DNA of 63,362 nt, filler included, from Reclinomonas americana ATCC 50394 (Eukaryota): NCBI GenBank assembly GCA_048213135.1. It is 7 parts of 3 records of this genome, joined end to end, with 100 filler letters (N's around TTAATTAATTAA, not from the genome) between each part and the next. Parts side by side here need not be neighbours in the genome. Positions count along the whole stretch, not along the records: positions 1 to 18,252 come from PS015360.1; 6 more parts are not named here. One strand, given 5' to 3'. Below the pieces are notes generated by a model. That model had not been told where the DNA came from and searched no databases. It saw nothing but the letters and a program-made list of their open reading frames with translations. Positions 1 through 13,056 of this stretch are shown here, piece by piece; the first letter of the stretch is position 1, and each line of letters starts with the position of its first letter. A program made the translations under genes and the position numbers.

Positions 1-786
1 AGTGAGAACGCACGACCACAGGTCGCAACGAATAGCTGTGCTACGCAACGTGTCTGTACACACACACGCAGAGAGAAATGCAGGCACACAAAAATGAGTG
101 AGCAAACACCCATCAGGCGCACACGCCAAGACGCAAGGCACATACCATTGGAACTCTGTGACATGTTGACATGATCGTTCGGATGCACCACCGAGGTCGT
201 CCCCAACGCCACATCGCGCAGCTGACACGCGCGATTGGCAATGACTTCGTTGACATTCATGTTGGTCTGCGTGCCAGAGCCCGTCTGCCAGATGACCAGC
301 GGGAAGTGCTCATCGAGTTGTCCGGCCGCCACCTCTGCCGCCGCCTGCGCAATCGCCTCGCTGCGCTCCTGCGAAAGACCATACTCGACATTCCTGTCGA
401 CATGGATGGAGATGGAGATGAGCCAGCAAGGTGGCATGCAGTAAGAGAGAGGGGAGGTGATCATCACGCAACACCAATGCCGCAGCTTGCTTGAGCACAC
501 CAAATGCATGAATGATTTCCATCGGCATGCGCTCTTGAGCGGGTTCTCCAATGCGAAAGTTCTCCAGTGAGCTGAGTAGTGGTGTGTGAGCGTGAGGTTC
601 CACATGCACTTCTCAAGAAGGCCACTCTTTCTCACCGCTGTGTCTGTGCGCCCCACAGGCGATCAGCAGACACCAGCACCTGTGTGTATGTGCGTGTGTC
701 AGGTGGGTGATGCAACAGGCTAGCGCGTTCTTGTCTGTGTGGCACACCTCGCCAAGAGTGTCTCGTTCCACGCGCACTGTCGCCAT
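1..786 (-). CDS. fumC: Fumarate hydratase class II, 5' part (multi-exon, runs off window start)
   Basis: Spliced translation [36 protein letters not shown]...[27 protein letters not shown]...[14 protein letters not shown] contains the class II fumarase/aspartase motifs. Introns at 680-747, ~572-635 and 394-472. Confidence 0.96.
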
Positions 787-1620
787 AATCGATCGGATCT
801 TTTGAGAGGACACGGCCGATTCCGCAGTTCACCAAGGGCGCAGCGTACGGGGGGCCACTCGATCGAGTAGGGTCTCTTGCCGTATGAGCAGATGCAGCTG
901 TGCTGCGAAGTTGCGTGCATTTGCAAGCTTGCAATTGAGCATGAATTGCAATTCGAAATTCGACGCGTACGTCGACTTCACGACTGATCGCCAGCTGGCT
1001 GGCCATCCGCTTTCGCAGACACAAGCTACAGTGCCCAGATCCTGATGAGAAGCCTTTTTCCGTGCAAGCTCGACTTCTCTGTCGCCGACGTCGTAATTGT
1101 GGTTTCGGTCGATTGGAGTGGCCAGTGAACCGTAGGTGGGTGCATGTGAGCGTAGATCGGTCTCTTCTCCCCTCTCTCGTCCTCGCGTGTATGCATGTGT
1201 GTGCGTCTTTGCGTGCGCACATGCATGCACAGCTGTCTGCAGTGTCTCGCACTGTCCGTGTGTGGGTGTGTGTGACATGTGCCATGTGCACGTGCTCGCT
1301 CACGCACTCGTACACACTCGCGCACTCTCTCGCACACCCTGCATGCCTCTGTTTGTCGTGCGTGCCTACCTGCCACTGATCAGAGCACACCAGAGTAGTC
1401 ACGTGTCTATTCGTTGTCAGGCGCTTGAGCACGCGAACGGTCGCATGCTCATGGGCGACCACACGCCCTCCTCTCCTCTCCTCCCCTCTCCACTGATCCT
1501 CTCATGAGCACACACACACGCAACACATGCACGTGTGCATCGATGCGATATGCTCACTCACTGACATGTGTATTCTCTCTCTCTCTCTTGTGCACGCAGT
1601 GTTTCGATTGAACTGTTGTC

Positions 1621-2574
1621 ATGGCCGCGACTGACCGACCGCAAGTAGAGCTGGTGGAGGACTCTGACTCTGAGAACGAGTCGAGCGACGATGAGGAGGA
1701 TTTGGAGGGCAAGGTCTGTAAGAGCAGTGCACTCGGACACTCCTGCGCGCGTGCGTGAATGCTCACGTGCGAGGTCCATTGTTAGGCCTCTGGCTCCGGT
1801 GTCGCCGGTGAGAAGGGTGCGCACAAGCAGAGCCGCACGGAGAAGAAGGTAATGCGTAGTGTGCACGGGCGCGAATTCACAATGGGCGGCGGCGGCTGAC
1901 TGCGTATTTGCCAGACTCGCAAGCTGTTCAGCAAGCTGGGACTGAAGAAGGTCGACGACATTGTGCGTGTGACCATCAAGAAGGCCAAGGAGCAGGTGCT
2001 GTTTGTGGTCAGCGAGCCGGAGGTGCTGCGCTCGGGTGACACGTACGTCGTGTTTGGCCAATACCACCCCGAGGACCTCAAGCAACAGGTGTGTGGTGCA
2101 GTCAACAACAGTGTGTGTGGTGGTCACGTGAGTTGTTTTTTCCTCACTGCGTCTTTCGGGAACCAGGCTGCCATGGACGCTGCCAAGCAGTTCAGCGCCA
2201 GCGCTGCTGCTTCGTTGCGTAACCACGAGTGTTCTTTTCATGACATGATCTTTTGTCTTACATGCATGCATACGTTCTCTCAGTGCTGCCGCGTCTTCTG
2301 GTGGTGCTTCCTCTTCAGGGGCATCTGCATCGGCTGCCGGCCCAAGCGACGCTGCTGGTGACGATGCCGGCGAGGGTCTGCGCGAGGAGGGTGCGTGACG
2401 CTGACGATTGCATCTTGTGCATCCGATCTCAGCAGCTCACTTCTGTCATGGCTGCGCGCAGACATTGAGCTGGTCAAGAAGCAGGCCAAGTGTGACCGTG
2501 CCAATGCCATCCGTGCTCTGCGCTCGTCGAATGGTGACATTGTCAACGCCATCATGGCCCTCACCACCCTCTAA
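1621..2574 (+). CDS. NACA: Nascent polypeptide-associated complex alpha subunit (6 exons)
   Basis: [45 protein letters not shown] (NAC domain) and C-terminal UBA-like [35 protein letters not shown]. Confidence 0.95.
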
Positions 2575-2739
2575 AGAAAGACAGCAATGCTCGGCGGCTT
2601 CTCGTGTGCAGTCAGTTGTGCTAGGCGCTCACAATGAGAGACTCGATTGCGCCACCGCCAGGTGTGGCGTTTCGTGTTCTTTTGCGAGAGTCCTGTGCAG
2701 TTGTCGGCGGCGGCGAATCCATTAAAACAGTTTGGATTT

Positions 2740-4324
2740 ATGCTCTTTCTTCGTCGCACTCCCACACTGCTGCAATGCAGTCGACGGTGGTTGGCAACGG
2801 CAGACCAACCGTCAGTGGAGCTGCCAATCTCCAGCACTGGTGACCTTAATACTCCGACGACACTTGTCTCTCTTCTCGCTCACTCTCAAGCGCGCACACA
2901 CACAGCGCTGTGGGTCACCTACCTGCGTGCATGTGCGTCATTGTTTGCATGCATACATACATCGGAGAGAGAGAGAGAGAGAGAGACTCACATGGTGTGC
3001 AGTGGAGACTGCGCGCACCGAGTTGCAGCCGGTGCCACTGCTGCGCGATCCACTCGCCGCTCTCTTCATCACTGATCGTTTCGTGTGCATTCAGAGAGAG
3101 AGAGAGAGAGAGCAACTGCCTTGACACTCACGTGTGAGCGTGCGTGTGCGCAGGGGATCGCGAGACTGCCATGTTTTTCCAACAGATCATTATGCAGGCA
3201 CTGCGACAGGGCAAGTTTGCGCCGCCGGAGAAGGCATTGCAGAATGTCGAGAGCATTCAGACTCGCATCATTCCTGTGCGCCACCGCATCCTCGACGATC
3301 TGTGCCTGCGAGCTGTCTGCGATGCAGTGGTGTGTCTGTGTGTGATCATCGGTTGTCCATGCACAAGCTTGTGTTCGCTTTCTCAGTCACCGAGTACTGT
3401 TTGTGGGCAGGCTGGCGGTGCCAAGGCCGTCGATGTGTGCATTCTCGGCTGTGGTATGGACACCAAGGTTCGTTGGTGATTCCCATGATGCTCGTCAGTG
3501 TCTCACCGCTCAGTCGGGGTGCAGGCCTTCCGCTTGGACTTCCCGGCCAACACTCGTGTGTTCGAGATTGACTCGCCGGAGATTATCCGATACAAGGAGG
3601 CCTGTCTGGCCCGACTGAAAAAAGTGCCTGTGAACGAAAAGCTTACACTGCCAGTGCGTGATCCCGAGGGGCGGCTACGGGAGGTTGTCGTTGATCCGGC
3701 GGTCGACGGCAAGCTGCGATGTGCGGAGCGTATTCTGGCGACCTGTGACTGGGATGCCGGGCAGGATTTTATCGAGCAGCTTCGCAAAGTCGGCCTCACT
3801 GGCGACCGTCCGATTGTGTGGGTGGTGGAGGGTGTGTACATGTACTTGGAGAAAGCGCAGGTGTCTAGCACGCTGCAGAAAACCGCTGCACTGTCGCCTC
3901 CCGGAAGTCACATGCTGTTCGACATTATGAATGCAGTTGCATGGCGACCTCTCCCTTTCTCTCTCAACATGTACAACCTGACCGTGATTCGTATACAACA
4001 GCCGACTCTGACGTCAAACATGCTCACGAAATGGCGCCAGGCCATGGCGGAGCACAAGCATCCGTTCAAATTTGCCGATTCCAACCCAGCCAGGCTCCTC
4101 GGCGAGTGTGGGTGGGGCAAGAAGACGGACGTGTTCGAGTGCAGCGCCATGGCACGCAAGCTGGGCCTGAAAACATTCAGGTGTGATTCTACGAGAGTGT
4201 GGGCGTGGGGTTGAATGTGTTTCTTCGTCGTCACTCACCCGCGCGAGACAGCCTGCCCTTCTCGACACTCACTTTCCGCTTCTTCCCACTGCCGTCGCAC
4301 GCCATGGTGCACGCACGGAAATAA
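2740..4324 (+). CDS. SAM-dependent methyltransferase, leucine-carboxyl-methyltransferase (LCM) family, with probable mitochondrial presequence
   Basis: Motifs RIIPVRHRILDD, VCILGCGMDTK-AFRL, VFEIDSPEII, VWVVEGVYMYLE. The N-terminus MLFLRRTPTLLQCSRRWLAT resembles a presequence. Confidence 0.8.
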
Positions 4325-4410
4325 GCGCGACAGCAAGAAATGAATCCTCGCATACAATCCCGACGTCTTTACTCTCTCCCACACAAACACACACCACACT
4401 GAAATCTCTC

Positions 4411-6439
4411 TTAGAACGTCAGTGTGATCTTGCCAGTCACCGTTCCGCTCTGTTGCAGCAGAACACGAGTAAGCATCAGATCTCAGATACAGACTACACA
4501 AGTGCAACAAAAAGACCTCCTGCAGGTCGTGGGCGCGGGCGAGGTTCTCCTTGGTCAGCGGCAAGTCAACCAGGTTGATGGCACGTTCGAACTGTAAGAC
4601 AGAGAAGCGTGTCAGTCTCACTGCGTTTGACGACAAAGGAGACCGTCGTCTCTTACCTCGCCAGCATCCAGCAGGCGTGAGACCTCGGCCAGAATGCGTC
4701 CCTGACGCTCGGGCTCGGTGTTGGTCATTGGGCGGCAGAACATCAACTGACAAAGGGGAAACGGTGTGAGACAGCTGGCCGCAGAACACACAAAGGCACA
4801 TGAGCAACCGACCTCGAGAGCAAACGTCAGGCGTTTCTGTTGTTCACGAAGGGCACAAGGAATGAGCAACTGTGGTCAGAGAAGCGCAAACAAGTTGCGT
4901 ACCGCGAAGAACTGGCCAATGGCAAGCGGCTCCTTGGGCGGCAGAATCGTGAGGAACTTGCCGCACGGGCGAATGAGCTTGGCCATCTACAATGAATCAC
5001 CAGAGGTGAGCGTGAACGAAAGACAAGGGCGAAAAAATGCAATTGTATTGTTGCAACACACCTCGACGAATGCGGCATTGTCGAACGGGACGCCTGTGCA
5101 GTTGCCGGCATAAGACAAAGGCCATCACATACTGCATCTCCTACAGCAACACGTACCGTTGTAGATGACGTCCACCGCGTCGATGCCAATGGCCGCGAGT
5201 TGCTCTGTTATTGCTCACGCTCGTGAGCCAACACTAAACATCATGCGAGGGTTGTTTTTTGCCTGTGCTCACCACCGAGGTTGTGGCGGTGGTTGATCAC
5301 GTGGTCAGCACCCAGTTTCCTACAGCGGCCGATGCAGTCAGCACACAGAGCACGACGCTGGAAACGGAGAGCGAGACGAACCGGACCCACTCCTCCGACT
5401 CGGGGCGCGACGCGGTCGCAATCACAGTCATGCCCAGCACCTTCTTCGCGTACTGGATGGCAAACGTGCCGGTGCCACCCGCACCCGGCAGCACCAGCAG
5501 CAACTTGCCGGCCGCGTTCTCCGGAGTAAAGCCACCCTGCTCACAGAGCGCTGCGGATGCAGTGTGAGCAAACACGTCACTTGCGTGGAGCGAGACTCAG
5601 CACACTCACCCTCCGCGCCCGTCAGCGCCACCAGCGGGTAGGCAGCAGCCTCAGAGAAGCTCAGCGTCTTGGGCTTGTGCGCCACAATGCGCTCATCGAC
5701 GGCCACAAACTCGGCATTGGAACCCTGCGGGCGAGAAATGTCGCCGGCAAAGAACACCTGCGCCAGTTGCGTCCATGATGAGAATCTGCATGTGTGCAGA
5801 CGGAGAAGAGGATGCAAGCACACACATACATACCTCATCACCACGGCGGAAGCCGAGAGAGCAGTGCGAGCCAACGCTCTCCACCACACCCGCACCATCG
5901 TATCTGCAGTCGGACTAGTCAGACACCTGCACGCACAATGCACACACGCGCGCATCACTCACCCGAGCACAAGGTTGGGCACACTGATTGCACCGCCACC
6001 ACCATAGTTTGTGCGCTTCTTCACATCGATGGGATCTGAGGAGAGAGAAGAGAGAGAGAGAGAGTTTCTCCGCAATGAGTACCTGACTGAAATGACAACA
6101 ATCACATGCACGCAACTCAGGCCGACTGCGCGCACACGCACAAGCAGGTCACGCTCACGCAGCGGAGTTGTCGGAATGCGTTCCTCGACAATGGCCTCTG
6201 CAACAGGGCCCTCGTGCGACTGGTTGCACAAATGAATGAGCACTTTGTCACTCATGTCACACGCACGCACTCATGCACACCTTGACGACAAATGCGCGCA
6301 TGGTGGTGGGCACCACTGTGGCGGCACCGGCCAGGAACAGAGCCGAGGAGGCACCGGTGGGCGAAGACGGAGAGGCAGCCATGACACTCGCTGAGAAACG
6401 CCGGAGAGAAAGCAATGAAAATGCGCTCCGAGACAGCAT
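4411..6439 (-). CDS. Medium-chain dehydrogenase/reductase (zinc-binding ADH-like / quinone oxidoreductase family), probable mitochondrial presequence
   Basis: RDLLVRVRAVGLNPIDVK, VFFAGDISRPQGSNAEFVAVDERIVAHKPKTLSFSEAAAYPLVALT, GAGGTGTFAIQYAK, TASRPES, ENLARAHDLQESGTVTGKITL. Confidence 0.92.
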
Positions 6440-6509
6440 GGACGATCGGAGTACGCCCGGAACACCGACTTCGTTCGGTGCGTTTCCTTCGTACATTACT
6501 CGCTTCTCT

Positions 6510-9500
6510 CTATCTCGTCACTGCGCTGGACCGCGGTGCATTCGGATACCGACCGCCGGCTGTTGTTGTTGTTGTCGGTGGCATGTGGGTGCCTTTCCCG
6601 GCGAGACCGACGCCGCCGGCAGCTGGTGCAGGTGCGGCTGCGGATCCGGACGACGGTGCGTGCGGTCGGCGCTTGGCTTGCCCCTGGAATTCGAGTGGCT
6701 GCACCACGAACTCGACCGTGTCCGTGAGCAGCGAGGCGATTTCCACGGCCTGTGTGCGGGAAGGAAGGGAGCGAGGTGCTAAGTGTGCGGTGCAGAGAGT
6801 GTCGCGCTGCGACTACACATTACCATCAGTGGTTCGGTTCGGAAACGCAGTGGAACAGCAGCGGTGCGGGGATTCGATACGCCACTTGGACCGATGGCAG
6901 AGCTGGAGGCGAACGAGGCGTCGGAGCCACCACCGTCGCGGCGCGAGCGGTGGCGACTGAGGGCATTCCATCGCGACCGTCGCTGCAGACTCTCGTACTC
7001 GATATTCACAACGTCTCGTGTTGTCACCTCCCACGACAGGAGTTGGCGGAAGGGGACGGTGAGGTACAAGGGCAAGTCGTGACCGACGCGTAGCAGGTGA
7101 ATCGCCCGGGTGTTGATGGCCAGCACCATTTGCTCCTCGATTGGCAGCGACAGCGGCTGTGTGACACAGAGAAGTGGGTGAGTCTCGTCGGCGTCTGCAT
7201 CGTATCGTGTTCGTCGTACCGTGACAAAGAAAAAGTGGCTGCCGTAGTAGGAGAACTGCTGGAATCGAAAGATAATCTGGCGCTGAATGCAGCGCTGGAA
7301 CCGAATGGCGTCGTTCTCCAGCTTGTTCTGCAGGTTGGAGCGCGATGCAATCTCGCCACCGAGACCAAGCTCGAATGGATCTTGCTCTCTGGATTTCTGT
7401 TGAGGGAGAGGGCATCAGAGGTGTTGTTCTGCAATCGAGGTGCCAAGTCGCGGATTACCTCCACAAACACTTGCGACACGCGGCGAAGCGACGGTGACTT
7501 GGCCGACGGCACATTCAGCGCGCGGTAGGCTTATGAGCAGCAACGCGATGAGCTGCGGATTCACACGCTTTGAAATGAGCGACTGACTCACCCGAGTGGA
7601 ATCGCCGATCGCTCTGTCTCGTCCACCCGCCATACGTCTTCATCTGCGCCATTCACTGTGAGTGCAACGATTGACTGCACCACATCACGCTCAACAAGAG
7701 CAGCACCTCGGCGATGAACTGCTGTCGCAATGTGTTGCACGTTGAGTTCACTTGGTGGCGGAGGTGTGCAAAGTTGTCCGCCCGGTCGAGTGGATCAAGC
7801 CAGTAGATGGGCACGAGGCTTCGATAACTGAGCACCACGGAAATGAAACAGTTTGTTCCAAAAACGACATGAGGGTGACTGAGACATGACGCGAGACGCA
7901 ACACTGCATCACTGATTTTCTTGCTCAGCTCCATGTCAATCACCTGCGCGCGCCGGTAAGCAATCACCGGTCTGTTGGCTGTCGATGCAGTCAACACGCA
8001 CCTTGTCCACATCGACGCAGTCGACGACCTCCTCTCCATCGTCGGTACGTGCCTCCGGATTCACACGGAGGTACACAGGCAGCAGTTGCACTGAAACAAT
8101 GGTGACCAGCATCTGGAAATCGATGATCTCGTGATCCTAGTGCGCAGATTGCTGTCACTCAAAACAGTATGCACAACCAAAGACATGCACACTGTGCTCG
8201 TGTGCACAAACCTGGTAAAAGCCACTCATCCAGTCGCGCATCAACTGGGCAAACAAAAAGTACACTCCGTCGTTGCTGTAGGCAGGCAACTGCGCACGCG
8301 CGGGGTCACCTAATGCAACGGCACGAGAATGCATCACCTGCAACGCACGCACCTCCTGCAGGTAGGGAAAGAGCTCCTGCATGCCGTGCCGATAGAGGCG
8401 CTGATGAGTGACCACCAGGTCGAGGCCCGTTCGGCTGATGCGCGCAAGAATGTCGGCAGTGTCGGGAAAGTTCTCGACGGCCAACACACTGACAAGCATG
8501 CGCAGTGGTTCCTGGCGCGGCGCACTGCCCTCCATGTCGGCGTATGCACGGGTCTCCTGCAGCGGCTGTCAGCTGCTGTCCATTGACCACGCACCAGATT
8601 CACACCACCACACTCACAAAGGGAAACACGGCCACCAGCGTCTGCAGAATGAGTTGATTCAGCAGCGACAACTGCACCGGGTACCACTCGTTGTTCTCGA
8701 TGCCCCACGAATCGACTCGCGGTGATTCAGGCACGCCACGAAACCTCTCGGCCACCTCCTCCAGTTGTGGAGTCGGCAGACGCTCACTGCACACTTGTGC
8801 GAGGTACTGCAGCGTGTCTTGAACCACGCGATGCTTGTCCAGGTCATCGGGAGAGACTGCATCGCGATCGGAGAACGGGAATGTGAGCCACGTTACAAGA
8901 AGAAAGGCATGCAGTCACCCTCAGTCACCACACTCAACATTGCGAGAGAAGGCGTTGCTGGTGATGCAGTCGATGAATGATCTCGTCGATCTTCTCACAT
9001 CGCTGCGCGATCCACGCGATCCAGTGTGCAATACGAGTGGCATTCACCGAGAAGGCCTGTGACCCGGTCTGTGCGTCGAGTGCATTGATCTGGCGACGCA
9101 CGGCGTGGCGGACGGCACGCGCCTCGGCAGCGAGAGCGCCGGGTGGCTGACTGGGACCGGCACTGGCCAACAGAGGTATGATGGGCATTGCCGACGGCTG
9201 GCAGGTCTGTATGCACTGGCGGACAGCGGCACGCAAGCATCGCAGCAAGTCCTGCGGCGTCTGCGTCAGGTTGCGACCAAAGATGCGCTTCCACACCTTG
9301 TTGTGGGGCGTGAAATCGAGCACCGTCTGCGTTTCCTCCCCTCTGTTGAGAAGGAGAGATGGAGAAGGAAACCACTGGCTGTCGATACGTAAACACAGAC
9401 CTCCAACACAATCAGCATGTCGAGCAGAAAGGCGCGAAGCTGGCTGAGGTGCGGACCCATCACATCGGGGAGCAGGCCCCACTCCTCCATCGGCGACGGA

Positions 9501-10100
9501 ATGATGCGCAGCTTGATGAGGAACTGGCGACGACGATCCTCTGGCAATGTGAGGTTTTGCTCCAACAAGTACCACGCCGTCGGCCACTGTATTGCCTGTG
9601 GCAGCGAGTAAGCATCGAGGGAGTGCGGTGCAGTGGACTGCTGTGACATGGGGAACGCACCGATGGGTTGTCGCCATCAATCATGTCGCCAGCTGGTCTA
9701 TAGTCTTCGCTGTCAGTGTCGGCCACTTTCGCTAATGAACGCGCGGCATCAGCACCCTCCAGTGGGTGGCAGTAGATGTCGTTGTAGTTGCGGCTCAGGT
9801 AGAGACCAAAGAGACCGAGATGCGAGTCGGGAATGTTGTAGAAATGCTGGTGAGACAAGTCAAGTCAGTCACGCACACGCACGCACGTGTGAGCGCAGCA
9901 ATGCATCTTCTGCTCAACTTGAGTGGCATCCGACGCCAAGTCTGCCACCGTCGTGCCACGATCAACACTGCACGGCCGAAGACGAAGAGTCATCAATCAC
10001 TGTGTGTGTGGCATGACAGGAAGACGAGTGACGCAACGAGAGCTTCACTTCACAGCCATCAGCAAACGACATCCACAGATCGCGTGTGCTGCCACAGCGC
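6510..10100 (-). CDS. FERM-like protein paralog A (N-terminal F1-like lobe, long uncharacterised middle, C-terminal F3/PH-like lobe). Start codon uncertain.
   Basis: LWMSFADGCEVKLSVDRGTTVADL...LGLFGLYL (F1-like), QIIFRFQQFSYYGSHFFFV (F2/F3 junction-like), FRQLLSWEV...LRFRTEPLM-AVEIASLLTD (PH-like). Collinear similarity to the gene at 19022-23793. Confidence 0.6.
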
Positions 10101-10197
10101 ACCTACACACACACGTGGTCGGAAATGAGTGGTGTTTTGCGCGCGAACAGAGAGATTCACAAACACACACTCGCGCGCGCTCAACTTGATACGCCTC

Positions 10198-12135
10198 ATG
10201 GAACATGATGAGAAGCCTCACGTTGCTGCCAGTCGCAGAGCAGACAGTGCGTCACTGATGAAATGGAAGAAGGCCCAAGTGCAACACAGAGCACGTCTTC
10301 TCTCGTCAGAAGCGCGAAAACGGTACCATGACAGATTGGCGACCGATCGGGTGGATTTTTTTGCGGGAAGCGTGGATTTCGCCCAATTGAAGTTGAGAGT
10401 GGTGCGAGAGAGGAGAGGAAACATGTGGGGGAGTGGTGACGCATCGATGCAAGCGAGTGGTGATGGTGGTGCTGTGCAACAGAGTCGCGCAGGTCAAGCG
10501 AGAGTGCCTGCAGTTGCTCTCCGCGCATTGCTGCAAGAGGTGGAGCAGGAGGCCGACGAAAGTGACCAGGGAAGTGCGGCTGCAGAGGACGACCTTGACA
10601 TGTTGCTGTTGGAGGCGGATGATGTGGATCGCGAGGGGTCGCAGGTTGGCGCAAGAGGCGGTCGACGATCACGACCTGCCTCGCCTCCCCCTGCAGAGGA
10701 GCCTGTCACGCTGGAGGAGTACCTGGCGTGGGAGTTCTCCGATGTGTGGCAGCCTGTGCGGATGCTGTATGCGGCGGCATTCCGAGGTGAGCGAAGGAAG
10801 TTGTCTTGTTTTTCCGAATTTTGTAGGGTTGTGGTTTCTTGTTGCAAGTGTTGCATTCGTTCCTTTCTCTAAAGTGTGCTTCTGAGTGGTCAAAACACTG
10901 TACTCACACATTCCCACTGCTTGCAGATCGCGAGGACGCGTGTCTCCAAGTGCTGGAGACCACTCGCCGTGCACTGGTGGAGGTCAGTGCGGTCGCTCGC
11001 GATCGCCTACGCCACTGCAGCTTGTAGACACTGCTGTTCCTTCTCAACCTCGCACGCACTTTGCAGCACTACTCGACATCGGCACCGGTTTCGCGGCGAA
11101 TCAGCGACGTTGATCTGCGCACTGTCAGTCCGCAGCCCGGCGCTCGCTTCCTCTTATACTTTGACACCGATGTGCACCTGTGCAAGACTGTCGAAGACCT
11201 CCTCAGTTGCGTACGGTGGGTGCTGTCTCTCCTTTGCCACTCGCCCTTGCTGAGCTCCTCCGCGCGCGCGCGCCCCGCAGACTCGCCCATCACGGTCATG
11301 CCCTCGAAACGAGTCGTGTTCACCACCGACCGTTTCCTCACGGCGCACCGAGTCGAGTCGACCCTGCTCTCTGGCCTTCCTCTGTCGTGCTCGCATGTGC
11401 AGCTTGGCTGGTGAGTGCATGCATGAGTGGCAGGCGATCGGAAAAATCTCACCAGTTTTGCTCCTCTCCTCACAGTTGGTCCATTCAGCTGCGCACTGCA
11501 AAGCTGGACTACGTGTTCCGTGCCATTGTCAACTCGATCTTTGCCTCGCAACTCACGCACACCATGATGATCGAGGCCGACGTGTTGTTGCGCCACGGCC
11601 AGTCGTTTCTCCACCGTTGGGGGAAATATTGGCAGTAATTTTTTGTTGTGCACCACACACAGGTTCACCGACATGTGCCACGTGCGCCCCAGTGGCGAAA
11701 CCGATCTGCGCCGCCTCATCAACGTGTTCTCGGCGGTGGAGCAGTCGGACTGCGAGCAGGCTGTCTACAATCACGGCGTTTTCCTCATCCATGCACTCGG
11801 TCCGTATTTCTTTCCTTTTTTGGCGATCCGTCGCTCTCCTCACCACGATCGCGACAGGCATACGCAACGGCACGCTTTACTTTGTGCGTGGCGGCTTTGC
11901 CGGCATCGACATGCAGTTCCCGGCACCGCCCAACACCGCCACCACCACCACGGGTCCGCGCACGCGTGCACGTCACGTTTTGCATGACAGTGTCTACAAA
12001 ATCGACGTCTCCGCTCCACCGCTGCAGCTGGCCTCCGGCGACGTCAACCACGTGGCCGTCCACACCGCTCCCACAGCTCGCTTCTACCGCATCCACCCGC
12101 AGCGCCCGACCGAGTGGGTCGAGTGCACTCCTTGA
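10198..12135 (+). CDS. Hypothetical protein (multi-exon)
   Basis: Protein-like exons (MEHDEKPH..., EEYLAWEFSDVWQPVRMLY, RFLLYFDTDVHL, IRNGTLYFVRGGFAGIDMQFP) joined by short GT-AG introns. No family recognised. Confidence 0.5.
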
Positions 12136-12206
12136 GCATCGTGAGGGAGGGCGGTCATGATCGACGTCCCACACACCCACCACTCAATACACGCACACCG
12201 CACGCA

Positions 12207-12469
12207 ATGCGCCTTGTCATTCGCTGGCGTGGCGACTCGTACCTGCGCCCGCTTGCCGACGGCGACACACACACCACCACCGTGCAGCAGTTGGTGGATG
12301 CGTTTCTCACCGAGCGCAATCATATTGGTGGATGGGTGGCGCGCGTGAACCGCGCTCGTGTCACCCCAACTGACCTGGTCAGTGCCGTGCTACGCGATGG
12401 CGACACCGTGCACGTTTGCATGCTGCGTGCCGACGGCGCAGAAGAGCACGACGACATGGAGAGAGAAGA
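12207..12469 (+). CDS. Ubiquitin-like (beta-grasp) N-terminal fragment, truncated by gap
   Basis: MRLVIRWRGDSYLRPLADGDTHTTTVQQLVDAF...DLVSAVLRDGDTVHV has a Ubl-like pattern (TV.QL...; L.DGD.V). Confidence 0.45.
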
Positions 12470-13056
12470 NNNNNNNNNNNNNNNNNNNNNNNNNNNNNNN
12501 NNNNNNNNNNNNNNNNNNNNNNNNNNNNNNNNNNNNNNNNNNNNNNNNNNNNNNNNNNNNNNNNNNNNNNNNNNNNNNNNNNNNNNNNNNNNNNNNNNNN
12601 NNNNNNNNNNNNNNNNNNNNNNNNNNNNNNNNNNNNNNNNNNNNNNNNNNNNNNNNNNNNNNNNNNNNNNNNNNNNNNNNNNNNNNNNNNNNNNNNNNNN
12701 NNNNNNNNNNNNNNNNNNNNNNNNNNNNNNNNNNNNNNNNNNNNNNNNNNNNNNNNNNNNNNNNNNNNNNNNNNNNNNNNNNNNNNNNNNNNNNNNNNNN
12801 NNNNNNNNNNNNNNNNNNNNNNNNNNNNNNNNNNNNNNNNNNNNNNNNNNNNNNNNNNNNNNNNNNNNNNNNNNNNNNNNNNNNNNNNNNNNNNNNNNNN
12901 NNNNNNNNNNNNNNNNNNNNNNNNNNNNNNNNNNNNNNNNNNNNNNNNNNNNNNNNNNNNNNNNNNNNNNNNNNNNNNNNNNNNNNNNNNNNNNNNNNNN
13001 NNNNNNNNNNNNNNNNNNNNNNNNNNNNNNNNNNNNNNNNNNNNNNNNNNNNNNNN

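Noticed and set aside
1030..1075. CTGATGAG hammerhead or box C-like motif between fumC and NACA
   Set aside because: No properly placed GAAA or flanking stems, and no clear box D partner seen.
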